A stretch of 56,888 bases of DNA from a virus (taxonomy: Duplodnaviria; Caudoviricetes). The stretch is taken from positions 1 to 56,888 of the IMG/VR virus record IMGVR_UViG_3300023292_000011; one strand, given 5' to 3'. Position numbers and translations under genes: made by a program. Within the stretch, counting starts at the first letter, position 1, and each line of letters starts with the position of its first letter. This document shows, piece by piece, positions 9,483 through 21,600 of this stretch. The notes below the pieces were generated by a model. That model was not told the origin of the DNA, searched no databases, and worked only from the letters and a program-made list of their open reading frames with translations.

Positions 9483-10016
9483 ATGGAGGGCTCCAAAATG
9501 GTATTTAAGAAAAAAGAAGTTAAAAGCGGTGGATTAGATAGCGTATTTGAAAAAGCTGTAGAACCTGAAGAAGTGAAAAGAGCACTTAATAAAGATGATA
9601 TTAAAGCTGCACTTGATGAAGTTATTAGAAATGCTGTTGTAGATGAAGCAGGCATCAAAGCAAAGTCTAAGAGAAAAAAAGAAAATATGAAAAAACTTAT
9701 TGTAGTTCTTGGTCCTGCTCCTAATGATAGATTTGAAAATCCAAAAGTTGGTTCTGTAAATGGACTCAAATATGAAGTATATCGTGGTGTTAAAACAGAA
9801 CTTCATAGAATAGTAGTTAGACACATAGAAGATCATTTTATTACTTCGTGGGTGCAAATAGAAAATGCTGACGGCATCGTAGCAAAGCTTTGTCCAAGAA
9901 AAGTATATGAACAGATAGAAATACTTAACCCTGAAACTGTTGATCTTAAGCGTAAAGCTGAACTTATTGAAAAGAAAACAAGAGAAGTTTCAGAAACAAT
10001 GAAGGATTATAAATAA
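9483..10016 (+). CDS. Hypothetical protein in structural module
   Basis: ORF; start may be 9498 (GGAGG RBS). Confidence 0.65.
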   Translation: MEGSKMVFKKKEVKSGGLDSVFEKAVEPEEVKRALNKDDIKAALDEVIRNAVVDEAGIKAKSKRKKENMKKLIVVLGPAPNDRFENPKVGSVNGLKYEVYRGVKTELHRIVVRHIEDHFITSWVQIENADGIVAKLCPRKVYEQIEILNPETVDLKRKAELIEKKTREVSETMKDYK

Positions 10017-10017
10017 A

Positions 10018-11628
10018 ATGTATAGAACTTTTAGAGAATTTGGCGGTATGATCCCTGTAAAAGACGGTTATACAAGTTTTGGATATGCTGATAATGCAGA
10101 AAATATAGACCTTAGAAGTGGTATAATAAAGTCTGTTAAGTCTCCATTGCAAATAGCAACTGGATATTCAACTACTGCCGATTCTCTATTTAAGTTCAAC
10201 GATCAGTGGATTGCTGATAACGAATATCATATAGATTGGCTTAGAGACAATATTAATCTTCATATATACACTGATAAAGCATCATCTGGAAAACTTCAAT
10301 TACAGATAGGTGCTTTATCAGATGTATTGGGATTAGATCAACCTGCTAACCCTACTACAAGTACCGCTGTTGGAACTGTATCAGGAGCATATTCTTATGT
10401 TGTTGTATGGGAAAGAGAGATGGGAGACTACACAGATGTGTCACAACCTAATCAAACTCCTGTTACATTAGAACTTGCTTCACAACAAACAACTATAAAT
10501 AGACCTGCATTGCCAACGAGTGCTTATGTGGTAAACTGGAAAATATATAGAACTGCTAACCTTGGAAGTAATTATTATCTTCTTGCCACTGTGCCTGTAG
10601 GAACAACAACTTATCTTGATGATGGCACTATTACAGATGATAATTTGATTATAACAGCAAACTTACTTCCTTCATATTACACTTCTACAAGAGTGAATGA
10701 ACTTGGAATAGATATATTTTGGCAACCACCTATTGAAGATTTAGATGGTATTGCAGGTCCTATGAATGGAAGTCTGTATGCTTGGAAAGATGATAAAATA
10801 CTAATATCAGAACCAGGATATCCTCAAGCATGGCCTTCTCAATATGTTGTGTCTGTTGGCGCAAAAGTAAAAAGAATAATTGTATCAGAATTATATGCAA
10901 CTGTGTTACTTGAAAACGGTTCAGCAAGATTAGACTTCACAGAACCTGAAATAGCACTACCAAATAGAACAACAGGTAATGAGGGCAATGTAAATCCAAG
11001 AGCAGCAGTATTAACTCCAATAGGAACTATGTACCTTGCAGATAGCGGCATTGCTCTTGATAATGGTTCTACAAATGAAATAATATCCAATGATGGTTTT
11101 GATGAAAAATGGTTTAAAGAAAATGTTGATAACAATTCAGCATCTATGAACTTTATGGATGATTACTTATATATATTTCATTCAACCAAAACTATCTTAA
11201 TTGATAACTCAGTAGTTAAAAAAAATAAAATAACAATGCTTGATATAATCGTACAAGGTTCTTATCAAGATCATGTTACTGGCGATCTGTATGTTTTATC
11301 AAATGGAACTGTTTACAAACTATATGGTTCTACTGAAATAACAGAGACTTCAACATGGAAATGGAAGAGTGGAAAGATAATATCTCCTGGCGGTAATAGA
11401 ATATGGGATCCAAACATTGATGTAAAAGGTTCTGGAACTATCATAGGGAGACTATTTTTTGATGGCGTACAAGTAGGAACTGACTTTACATTTGATTGGT
11501 CTACTGAGTTTGGTAGATACTTGCAATGCCCTGACGGTACAGATGGTAGAGAATTTCAGTTTGAACTTGAAGGTTCATTAAATGCTGAAGTTTCTAATAT
11601 AAGATTCGAGGTTGCAGGGTGGCAATAG
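10018..11628 (+). CDS. Tail tube/nozzle (DNA stabilisation) protein
   Basis: FREFGGMIP..NAENIDL start, SEPGYPQAWP propeller motif, WKWKSG near C-terminus. Confidence 0.7.
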   Translation: MYRTFREFGGMIPVKDGYTSFGYADNAENIDLRSGIIKSVKSPLQIATGYSTTADSLFKFNDQWIADNEYHIDWLRDNINLHIYTDKASSGKLQLQIGALSDVLGLDQPANPTTSTAVGTVSGAYSYVVVWEREMGDYTDVSQPNQTPVTLELASQQTTINRPALPTSAYVVNWKIYRTANLGSNYYLLATVPVGTTTYLDDGTITDDNLIITANLLPSYYTSTRVNELGIDIFWQPPIEDLDGIAGPMNGSLYAWKDDKILISEPGYPQAWPSQYVVSVGAKVKRIIVSELYATVLLENGSARLDFTEPEIALPNRTTGNEGNVNPRAAVLTPIGTMYLADSGIALDNGSTNEIISNDGFDEKWFKENVDNNSASMNFMDDYLYIFHSTKTILIDNSVVKKNKITMLDIIVQGSYQDHVTGDLYVLSNGTVYKLYGSTEITETSTWKWKSGKIISPGGNRIWDPNIDVKGSGTIIGRLFFDGVQVGTDFTFDWSTEFGRYLQCPDGTDGREFQFELEGSLNAEVSNIRFEVAGWQ

Positions 11629-12056
11629 GAGAAACAATAAATAGGAATATAAACACTTCTCTTAGAATATTAACGAGAAGACTTGAAATATTAGAGGGTA
11701 AACTTGCTTCACCTCAGTTTGGTGGTAAATCTCTTAGAAACATAGGAGCAAACGCCAACACTAAAAGAGCATTAAGGAATAATGAAGAAGAAGCATTAAA
11801 CTTTAAAACATATAAAGTTGTATCTGCTGATTACACAATACTTTCAGATGATAGTTATATAGAGTGTACAAGTCCAATAAATATAACTCTATTGGCTTCA
11901 ACATTAATGGAGAGACAAGAACTTAATATTTTAAATACCTCATTAGGTAATGTAACTATAATTGGAACAGTAAACGCAAGTACAGATAACAAAGTATATA
12001 GAAATAATAATGTAAAATTATTTGCATCACCGAGTTCTGGATGGAGAGCAGTATAA
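11619..12056 (+). CDS. Putative tail-associated protein
   Basis: VSADYTILSDDSYIEC..ITL motif of small phage fibre-type domains. Confidence 0.55.
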   Translation: MAIGETINRNINTSLRILTRRLEILEGKLASPQFGGKSLRNIGANANTKRALRNNEEEALNFKTYKVVSADYTILSDDSYIECTSPINITLLASTLMERQELNILNTSLGNVTIIGTVNASTDNKVYRNNNVKLFASPSSGWRAV

Positions 12057-13609
12057 TGAAAAAACTATTTTTACTTTTATTAGTAATATCACTTTTTGCA
12101 ACACCGATACAAGCATCTTATATAAACAGATTTATACTTCAAGATGAAAGTGAAAACCTTGTAGGTGTAACAAGTAATGCTCTTGATGTGAATATAGCAG
12201 GATCAACAGGAACATCAGATGTCACTATTGTTGATTCACTTGGAAATGCAATAGATTCTCAGCCTGATGCAGATGGTGATTATCATCTCGGAGTAGCTTT
12301 AATTCAATCGATCATTTCTTCAACTAATAATTATACAGATACAAACCTTGCAAGCGGAGCAACCTTTACGGGCACAGCAGATGAAACATTTGGAATTAAT
12401 GGAATCCAGGTTTATCACTTTGCAGATCGTGATTGTATAATTTATATAGACCAGAGTTTAGATGCCACAAATTGGGATATATGCGATACTTTTGAATGTT
12501 TAGCTAATAATGCTTGCAGTAGAACTTTTGCAAGCGTAGCTCCTTATTATAGAGCTAGAGTAACTAATACTGACTTATCAGCAACAACGGCTTTAAGATT
12601 TGCAACAGGCATGGCACCTGTTATATCTACACTCCCAAGATCTTTGACAGACGATGACAGAGTAAAGGTAGAATCAACCATAACAGGTAAAATAAATTCA
12701 GACAGGCACGCTTGGATTTCTCCAACAAACACATTGAATGTAAATGAAAATTCTGGAATAGTAGGCACAAACTTTGATGGAACTTTGAAAGATCCTAATT
12801 TTTGGACTGAAACAGTAACAGGTTCAGGTGCCGTAACACAAACAGGAGAAATTAAACTTACAACCGGAGTAACTGCGAATTCAACAGCTAAATATAATTC
12901 TGTCAGAAGTGGTAGATTTGTTGTAGGTTCCGCTTTAATTTTCACAGGTGCTTATAAATTTAATGATGCCCTGGTCGCTGACAACATTAGAAGATGTGGA
13001 GCCTATGATGTAGATGAAGGCTTTTTCTTTGAATTAGATGGTTTAACCCTCAATGTAGGTTCAAGAAAAGTTACAGTAGACACATTAATTAGCAGTGGTG
13101 ATTTCAATGGTATATATGGACCAAATTTTATTATAGATCCTGCTGTTTATTATAAACTTGATATTGAGTGGACTCCAATAGGTGCATTTTATTATATAAA
13201 TAATAAGCTTTTACATAAATCTGTCGGTGGTCATTTGACAAAAAGATTAACTCAGCCAATAACTTTTGAAAACATTAACAGTAATGGAAACATAATAGAT
13301 GTAACTTTTGACTGTTTAGGTGTTGTTATATCTAGGGAAGGAAAACTTAGAACGGCATCAACATATAAATATATCAGCGGAGCAGCAAACACTCTTTGTA
13401 AGGTTGGGGCAGGAGATTTACATTCAATTAATGTTACTAACAATTCAGGAAGTGTAACCGTTTATGATGGCACAAGCGCAGCAGGAATAATAATAACAAC
13501 CATAGATTCATTGAAAGTTCAAGGTAGTTTTCTGTTTGATGCTCCTTTTAGCACAGGATTATTTATTGTGACAACGGGATCTGCAATAATAACTGTAACT
13601 TATGAATAA
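12056..13609 (+). CDS. Putative fibre/receptor-binding protein with lectin-like domain and N-terminal signal peptide
   Basis: MKKLFLLLLVISLFATPIQA; Thr/Gly-rich; GFFFELDG and YYKLDIEW..FYYINNKL beta-sandwich pattern. Confidence 0.6.
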   Translation: MKKLFLLLLVISLFATPIQASYINRFILQDESENLVGVTSNALDVNIAGSTGTSDVTIVDSLGNAIDSQPDADGDYHLGVALIQSIISSTNNYTDTNLASGATFTGTADETFGINGIQVYHFADRDCIIYIDQSLDATNWDICDTFECLANNACSRTFASVAPYYRARVTNTDLSATTALRFATGMAPVISTLPRSLTDDDRVKVESTITGKINSDRHAWISPTNTLNVNENSGIVGTNFDGTLKDPNFWTETVTGSGAVTQTGEIKLTTGVTANSTAKYNSVRSGRFVVGSALIFTGAYKFNDALVADNIRRCGAYDVDEGFFFELDGLTLNVGSRKVTVDTLISSGDFNGIYGPNFIIDPAVYYKLDIEWTPIGAFYYINNKLLHKSVGGHLTKRLTQPITFENINSNGNIIDVTFDCLGVVISREGKLRTASTYKYISGAANTLCKVGAGDLHSINVTNNSGSVTVYDGTSAAGIIITTIDSLKVQGSFLFDAPFSTGLFIVTTGSAIITVTYE

Positions 13610-13661
13610 TATTTAAAATAATCACAAATAAATACCAACGAAGAAATGAAAGGAGCTTAAT

Positions 13662-14471
13662 ATGTCAGTATTGGGAATAATAAGTATGGGAATAGATGCT
13701 GTTAATGCTTGGAACGCAGGAAAAGATGCAAGAAAAATGGCAGGAGCATCCGCTGATGCCGCTATTACATCACAAGCAATGGCGGATCTTCAATATAGCA
13801 CTACAAAAGAATTATGGACTAACTATAAAAAGAATATTGAACCTGTAGATAATTATTTAGTTCAAAAGAAAAAAGAACTTGTAGAAGCAGGATTTGAAGC
13901 AAAAGATACAACATTTAAACCTGACTATCCAGATGATCTTCCAGGACTCAGAGAACAAGAGGAAGCTATTAACAAAGGTTATGACTCTACACTTGCTAAT
14001 CTCAGAAGAGATATGGCTACAAGGAATCAGTATGAACCTACATCTTCTGCACTTGGAAAGTCTCTTGAATCTTCAGCAGGATTTAGAAGAGCATCGGATA
14101 TAGGGCAAGCAAGAAAAGATGATATCAACAAACAAGCTCTTTGGGATATAGAAAGACAAGATAAAGAAATTCAGAATGTATCTAACTGGTTACAGCTTAT
14201 GCAAGGCATACCTTCATCTGGTCAATCTGCTCCTGTATCTGCTATAAGTTCTGCATCGAACAGTTTGAACAGTAGATCTAATTCATTAAGAAATGCTGCT
14301 AACACCGCTCAAAGTAATGCTAATAGTTCTTTTGAAGGTATAGGCAGTTTTCTCAGTAACATGACTCGGAAAAATTCGGGATCATCAAGTTCATCAGGAT
14401 CTTCAGATTTTGATTTTGGTGCTTATAATAATTTTGACTCAAGTCTTGGTACAAGAAATATTTCTTATTAA
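13662..14471 (+). CDS. Putative DNA ejection (pilot) protein
   Basis: Ala/Ser-rich, helical, Gly-rich hydrophobic N-terminus; position before the large internal protein. Confidence 0.6.
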   Translation: MSVLGIISMGIDAVNAWNAGKDARKMAGASADAAITSQAMADLQYSTTKELWTNYKKNIEPVDNYLVQKKKELVEAGFEAKDTTFKPDYPDDLPGLREQEEAINKGYDSTLANLRRDMATRNQYEPTSSALGKSLESSAGFRRASDIGQARKDDINKQALWDIERQDKEIQNVSNWLQLMQGIPSSGQSAPVSAISSASNSLNSRSNSLRNAANTAQSNANSSFEGIGSFLSNMTRKNSGSSSSSGSSDFDFGAYNNFDSSLGTRNISY

Positions 14472-14481
14472 GGAGTTTGAT

Positions 14482-15489
14482 ATGAGTTTTGCAAAAGGGC
14501 TTGCAGGTATTGCAAGAGGATATATGAACGCTGAAAATCAGCGCATGACAGAAGATAGAAAAAGAAAACAATTTGAATCTGATAGAGCTTATAACGAAGA
14601 AAAATATCAAGGCAGATTAGCAGATCAGAGACGATACAATGAAGAAAAACAAAAAGAAGATCGCACTTATAGAGAAGGTCAGCAACAGTCACAAAGAAAA
14701 TATCAAGAAGGTAAAACTAAAAGTTCAAGAGAATATGAACAAGAAAAGTTTGAACGAAAAGTATTAATCGATGTTGCAACTAAATTACCTCAAGTGTATA
14801 AAGATGCTTTTAATCAAACTGGAAGTTATGAAGCTGCTCAAAAAGAAGTAGATAATGTTGTTGCCATGTATAAAAAAAATGGTGTTAATGTTCCTGAAAG
14901 TGACTTTTCACAATTTCAGAGTGACGGTAAAGTATATATGAACACTCCAAAAGGTAGACTTTCATTTATTCCAAAAGAAGTTATTGAAAAAGGAATGAAT
15001 GAAGATATAGACAAATTGTTTACAAAAGAAGTTGCTTCTACTGTAGAGGGTGCAATGAGTTCTGTCATGGGTATAGATCCAAGCACAAGTAAAGCAACAG
15101 GCAGTATGCTTTCAAATGTAGATAGACCTCAAACTAAACTTGACGGTTACCAAAAGACTCTTAAATATGAGGGTTCTGGTACAGAGGGTATGCCTAAAAG
15201 CACAAGAGAAAAGATCAATGATGTTAAGCTTCAAATTGAAGAATTAAGATTATCCAAAGCTAAAGGTGAACTTAGTCAAGTCGTTGAAAACAGAATGATT
15301 GAAATATCTAAAAGATTGAATGTACTCTACAAAAGGATGATTGATCTCAAAGAAGGTTCTCCTGGTAACATAAAAATTCAAGAAGAAATAGAAGGTTTAA
15401 AAGCTGAACTTGAAAATATATCAGCAGGATCTTCAGAAAAAACTCCTGTTGTAGGAACTTTAGCAGGGGGAGTAAAAAACTTCCTATGA
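14482..15489 (+). CDS. Putative DNA ejection protein
   Basis: AAGGAG RBS before ATG 14482; MSFAKGLAGIARGY start followed by charged coiled coil. Confidence 0.65.
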   Translation: MSFAKGLAGIARGYMNAENQRMTEDRKRKQFESDRAYNEEKYQGRLADQRRYNEEKQKEDRTYREGQQQSQRKYQEGKTKSSREYEQEKFERKVLIDVATKLPQVYKDAFNQTGSYEAAQKEVDNVVAMYKKNGVNVPESDFSQFQSDGKVYMNTPKGRLSFIPKEVIEKGMNEDIDKLFTKEVASTVEGAMSSVMGIDPSTSKATGSMLSNVDRPQTKLDGYQKTLKYEGSGTEGMPKSTREKINDVKLQIEELRLSKAKGELSQVVENRMIEISKRLNVLYKRMIDLKEGSPGNIKIQEEIEGLKAELENISAGSSEKTPVVGTLAGGVKNFL

Positions 15490-15611
15490 GTGGTTCTAAC
15501 GCCCCTATATCAAGACAACCGTCGACAGGAACGCTTGATGGTGGTAGAATTGAAACAACACCTTCTACTTCTGAACAGCAAAGTAAAAGAAGAAAATCTT
15601 TCTTTCAATAA
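15486..15611 (+). CDS. 41-aa ORF, or -1 frameshift extension of the upstream protein
   Basis: ATGA overlap; fills the gap before the giant gene. Confidence 0.35.
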   Translation: MSGSNAPISRQPSTGTLDGGRIETTPSTSEQQSKRRKSFFQ

Positions 15612-15645
15612 TTTTCATTCAATAAAACGGATTAGGACTTAAAAC

Positions 15646-18600
15646 ATGGCTTCATCAAGATATGTATATGATAAATTAATGGCTAATGAACCTGCATTTA
15701 AAGCATTAACAGAACAGGAAAGACAGACTGCTGCTGATGATATAGCAAACCAAAGAACTACACAAGAAGAGTCTCCTGAACCTGTACAGGGTGGTTTAAG
15801 TAGTATTCAAAGAAATCAATCTTTGCCTTCTTTAAGTGAATCTATATCTTTACCAGAGTTATCACAACCTCAACAGCCACAACAACAGCAAGTACAACCT
15901 GATAATGAAACAAACTCTATATTTATGAATGGTCAGAAGACTGTATTTGGCGGTGATGAAACTGCTGTAAAGAATGTTATTGATTACGATGATACAATAG
16001 ACTTTGTGGATAAGTTCAATCCATTAAAAGAGAAAGGTATAGCTCCTGAAAAGGCCGCTGTATCTGCTTTTGCTTATGGAGCAATAAAGAATAAGATACA
16101 GAATGTTTCTCTCAAAAAACTTTTACAGACAGGTAGAGAAACTTTCAAACAGAGACTTAAAACATTAGTTCCAACTGCAACAGATAATGTAGTTGATAAT
16201 ATGACCAACAATGCTTTTAGAAGAGTTGCAAAGGGTGATGTGACATTGAATGATTTTTTTGTAGAAGCAGGACAGACTAACTCTGTAAATGCTCCTACAA
16301 TGGAATCAGTACAAGTAGATGCTTCACAAGGCCCTTCTGCATCAACAGCAAGAGAAGGTAAAGATATTGCTGAGTTCATATATAAGAATGTAAAAGCAGA
16401 TGAAAGTGATAGAAAGTTTGCTTCTAAAAACTATTATGAATACTTGATGTTCCAAGATGAAAACAATCTTATTAATGAAAATGAAAAAGTAAAGCTTGAT
16501 TACATAAATACTAAAATGGATATGTCACTTGATATAGCAGATGATAATGAATATGAAATATCAAAGAAGAGTTTGATGAATGATATATTCAATATTATAC
16601 CTGAGAAGTCTATGCAATCTTTTGAATATCGTGGTGATGTAAGAGAGAGTAAAATTGAACAAGTTTCTGATAATGTTGAAGTTAAGGATGAAGAATCGTT
16701 AGATACTGACCAATATTTTGATGTCAATAATATGGATCAATATGATGATGCTACAATAGCACAAGCAATGTCAGTTCTTGGCAAGAGAGCATCTTCTATA
16801 CTTGGGGATTTTCTTCCTGCTAAAATAGGTTCTACGATAAAAGGTAAAGATGTAAAACTTGAAGATGTTGGAGCGATAGATAAATTTATTGCCCGTAATA
16901 TGAAAGAGGGAGCTACAACAAGAACTCTTACACCTGAAGAAAGAAAGAAAGTAGTTATACCATTACCTTATGTAGATGATATAACTCTTGGAACAGTAGA
17001 AGATGCTGCTGAAAGTCTTGCTTTTTCTTTATCTAATTTACTTGTAACAGGTAGTGCAGCTTTAGTTGGTTCAGCAATAGGAGCAGGAGAAGGTTCTCTT
17101 GTGAGTCCTGGTGTTGGAACTGCTATTGGAGCAGGTCTTGGCCTTGTAGGTGGTATTGCTTCTACTAAGAGACAAATAGAAAATGATTTTCTTAGAGATA
17201 TGAGAGCAAGATTTTTAGAAGCAAATCCTGGTCCTATAACTCCTGAGTTAAAAGAAAAATGGAATAAAACTAAAAAACTTTTAGATAAACACGCTGAGTT
17301 TAGAGGTTGGTGGGAAGCAGGGCCTGAAACAGTTGGAAATCTTTTAACAATGGGAATGTTCAGACTTCCTGTTGGAAAAGCCATAGGAGCGATTCCTGGA
17401 CTTAAAAGTGATACAGCTAAACTTATAGGCAGTGCATTAATAAAAACAAGCTTTGCACAGAGTACAGAATTACTTGGAGAAACAGTAACAGAAGTAAAGC
17501 AATCTGAAGATGATGCAAAACTTGGATTAATAAAGAAGCCTCTTACATATAATGAAGCTTTCAAAAGAGTTGCACCAGGAACTATAATTCAAGGATTACT
17601 TTCAGCAAGCGGCGGTAAGGTTACTACAGAATTAGAATCTAAAATAAAAAAATACTTTCCTAAAAAAGATAAAAATAAAACTAATCAAACTGATAATGAA
17701 AAACTTGACAAACTACAAGCACAAGAAGCTGACAGAGGTGTAGAAGTAGACCTTACTGAACAAACTAAGCCAGAAGTAATAGCAGAAGATATTGATAATC
17801 TTGATGCTTTATTTGCAGAAGCAGAAGCAACATTTGAGCCTGCTGAAACAGAAACTAAACCTGAAGTAGAACCTGTTGTTGACAAAGTGCAACAAAAACC
17901 TGTAATTGAACCTATACAAGAAAAAATACAATCAGAAACAAAAATAGAATCTGTTAAAGAAGATATTAATGTAAAAGAAAAACCTCTTGTTGAAACAGTT
18001 AAAGACAAAGTTGAACCTAAGAAAAAAGAAATTATAAAACCTAATGAAAAACAAATAAAAATTATTAATATATTGAAGAAAACAACATCATTATTTAAAC
18101 AAAATTTTTTATCCTCAACACCAGAAGCTATAAAAAAATATATTGATAGTTTAAAAGATTCATTAATGGTTGGCGAAGAATTAAATATTAAAAATGTTGG
18201 AGTAAATACTGATAAATTAAAAACTTTTATGAGTAATCATATTAAAAAAATTATTAAAAAAACTGGTGTAAGTGATGGCGATATTAATATTATATATAAA
18301 AGACTTACAGATGAAATAAATAAAGCAGGAAATGAACTTGTTCCTATAAAAAATTTATTAGATAATGTTATAAAAAAAGCGTCTAATGAAATAAGAACTG
18401 GAACAGTACAAGAAAACATAAATAGAGAAGCAAGTTTAAGTTTAAAACAAAATAAAAAAAAATTAAAATATTACCAAGGAGAAATTGACGCTAATTTAAA
18501 TAGAACTAAAGAATATAAAAAAGAAATAAAAGAATATAAAAAAAGAAAAGAAAATTATAAAGGGCAATGGGATAGTTCAATAAAATTAAGAGAAAGATTT

Positions 18601-21600
18601 ATAAAAGAAAACAAAAATAGATTAGTTGAATATAAAGAAAAAATAGAAACATTTAATAAAAAAATTAAAGAATTAAATATTGAAACAGGTAAAATTATAG
18701 GGAAAACTAATTTTGATATAGAATCTAAAAAAGAAGTAGAACCAGTACATGAAACAGCGATTTCAAGAGCAATGAAGTTAGCAAAAGAAAAGAAAGCTAA
18801 CAAGAAACCTCTCGTTGAAGCTGTGAAGACTAAAGTAGAAGCTAAAAAACAAAAGACTATAATCACACCACAAAAACAAGAAGTACAGCCAGAAGCTAAA
18901 ATAGAGCCTGTTAAAGTTAAACCTACACTCAAAGAAACAGTTAAGCAGAAAGTGGCAGTAAAGAAAGCTGATAAATATACTTTTGATATTCCAAAAGATA
19001 AGTTTTCAATATATAAAGTAAACACTCCTAAAGGTGTTAAGTATGCTGTGAAATTGCCAAAAGAATTATCACAAAGTTTCAGTGATCCGTTTTATGATAC
19101 TATTGAAATTGCTGAAAAAGAACAAACATTTGAAATAGAAAAAGAAAAGCGTAATATTGCTTTTAATAAAAAACAAGAAATAATTAAAACAGAAGAAACA
19201 ATAAAGAAAAAAGAACAAGAAAATGTAGATGGCTTTGATAAAGATATGCCTAAAATGCGCAGAGGTCAAGTTATAAAAGCATTAAATAAAATGTTTAATT
19301 TTGATGGCAAACTAATGACAAGAAAAGAAAAGGTTAGAGAACTTGTAAATGACAATGCTAAAATAAGCGTAGAAGAGGTTGATAAAATTCAGCCTATGAC
19401 AAGGTTGGCATCTAACAGAGCGAATCAAAGAGAGCAAGACGCTCATGAACAGAGAATAAAAGATTCAGGTAAGAAAAAAATATATTATGTAGGTGGATAT
19501 GATTTAGGTAAGACTGCTTATGACTATGCTAATCATCTGATGGAGAAAAAAACATCTGTTGGTGATATGAGTGAAAAAAACGTTACATCAAAAGGTAATT
19601 TAATAGCAGGTGAATACTATGGTAAGAACTTTCCTGAAAGTTTTATATCTAAATTAAAAGAACTGTTATCAGGTGTTCTTCCTAAAACTCCAAAGAAAAA
19701 AGAAGATAAAATAATAATTCCAGGACTTGCTAAAGTTATTGATATAGATGTTACTCCAATAAAGAAAAAAATTAAAAAGTCAAATAATCCTATTGAAGAA
19801 ATAATAATTCCTTTTGCAGATAAAACAAGAGAAAAAATTCAATATTCAGGAGTGTTCTTCGATAAAAAGAATCAAAGAATACAAGCAACCAATGGTGGCA
19901 TTTTCATTACTGTAGAAGCAGATGTAAAAGAAGGTGGCATTTTTGAAATAGATAAAAATAATAAAAAACTAACAGGTAAAAAATTAAATGCTGAGTTCCC
20001 TTATGCATCAGAAATAATTGACAATTCAAGCAATCAAAAATATAAACAAATGAAAACAGACGATCTTTTAGATAAAGCAAGAGGTATGTCTGCTGTTGAA
20101 AAACTTTTACAAAATAAAGACGATGTGTTAGCTAAAATAAAACAAGGTGATTTAGAACTTCGTATAAATCCAAATAATTTGCAAAAGGCATTAGAAACTT
20201 TTAAAAAGTTAGGAATAGATGAAATAGAAGTTTCAATTAAAGAAGCCTATGAACCTATGAGAATAAGAGACGCTAACAATAAAAAAAATATAGCTTTTAT
20301 AATGCCTATTAGAAATTCATTCGCTAAGGTTACTACTTCATTTGACTTGAATAATCCTACTGGTAAACAAGACACTAAGCTACAAGCAGTTGACAAAGAT
20401 ATAGATGATACTTGGAATAAGTTAAATAAAGAAAATAATAAAAGATTAGGTATGAACCCTTTGCCTTCATTAAAAGCAACAGTGCTTACAACAAAACTTG
20501 TTTATAATTATGCTAAAAAAGGAATGTATATATTTGAAGATATAATTAATGATTTAAAAAATAAATTTGGAGTTGTGTCAGAAAAAATAAAAAATAATAT
20601 CAAAAATATTTTAAGTAAAAGTCCTATAAAAACTAAAAGTGGAACTAAAATAAAAAGATATAAAAATATAGTAGGAAAAGAAATTGGTGGTAAAATTTAT
20701 GTTCATAAAAAATATGCAGATAAAGTAATTCCAAAACAATTATTAAATAATGCTAAAAAAATATTAAATGAATCAAATCCAGAATTTAAATATAACGCTA
20801 TATCTTATGATAAAAAAACTGATACAGTAAGATTTGATGAAGCCCCTGATTTTAACTCTGCAACTGAACCAACTATAGGTAATTATATTTCAATTACACA
20901 AAATAAAGAAGTTTCAAAAGGAAGCAGTAATTCTATATGGCATCATAAGTGGTTATGGGTAACTGATGATTATAACGGATTTAATGTTTATGACAGTAAA
21001 AATAGAAGCAGATATTGGCTTTCTAAAATAAATGGAAAAGCAAGTGGTTCTAAAACAATATTTGAACAACAATTAAAAGCTAATGACGAAAATAAAGAAA
21101 ATGAAATTTTTACAGATACTTTTTCAGAACAAGCAGGAAAAACAGCGAGACCATGGAAAGTAACAAAAACATACAAAGCGGCTTTAGAAATAATAAAAGA
21201 TGGAGATAATGTTCTTGATTATGGTTCAGGACCATTTCAAAAAGTTAAATCCTCTGTAAAGTCTAAAGGTGGAAAATATTTTGCATTTGATAGATATGGG
21301 AATATAGGAGATATTTCTTTTTTAAAAAACAAAGATGTTGTAATGGGAAGTAATGTTTTAAATACTGCTGTATATGCAGATAATCCAACAAAAGCATATC
21401 ATGAAGCACTTAACGAAATGGCAAGTGCATTAAAACCAAATGGAACATTAGTTGTAAATATGCCTTCGTCTGGCCCACAGGCAACATGGATGAATTCTAT
21501 AGGTCTTGAAAATGATTTAAAAAATATTTTTAAAAATGTAAAAAGAAAAGGTGAAGTTGTTTTTGCATCTGGATTAAAAGAAAAATCAATAAGAAATATT

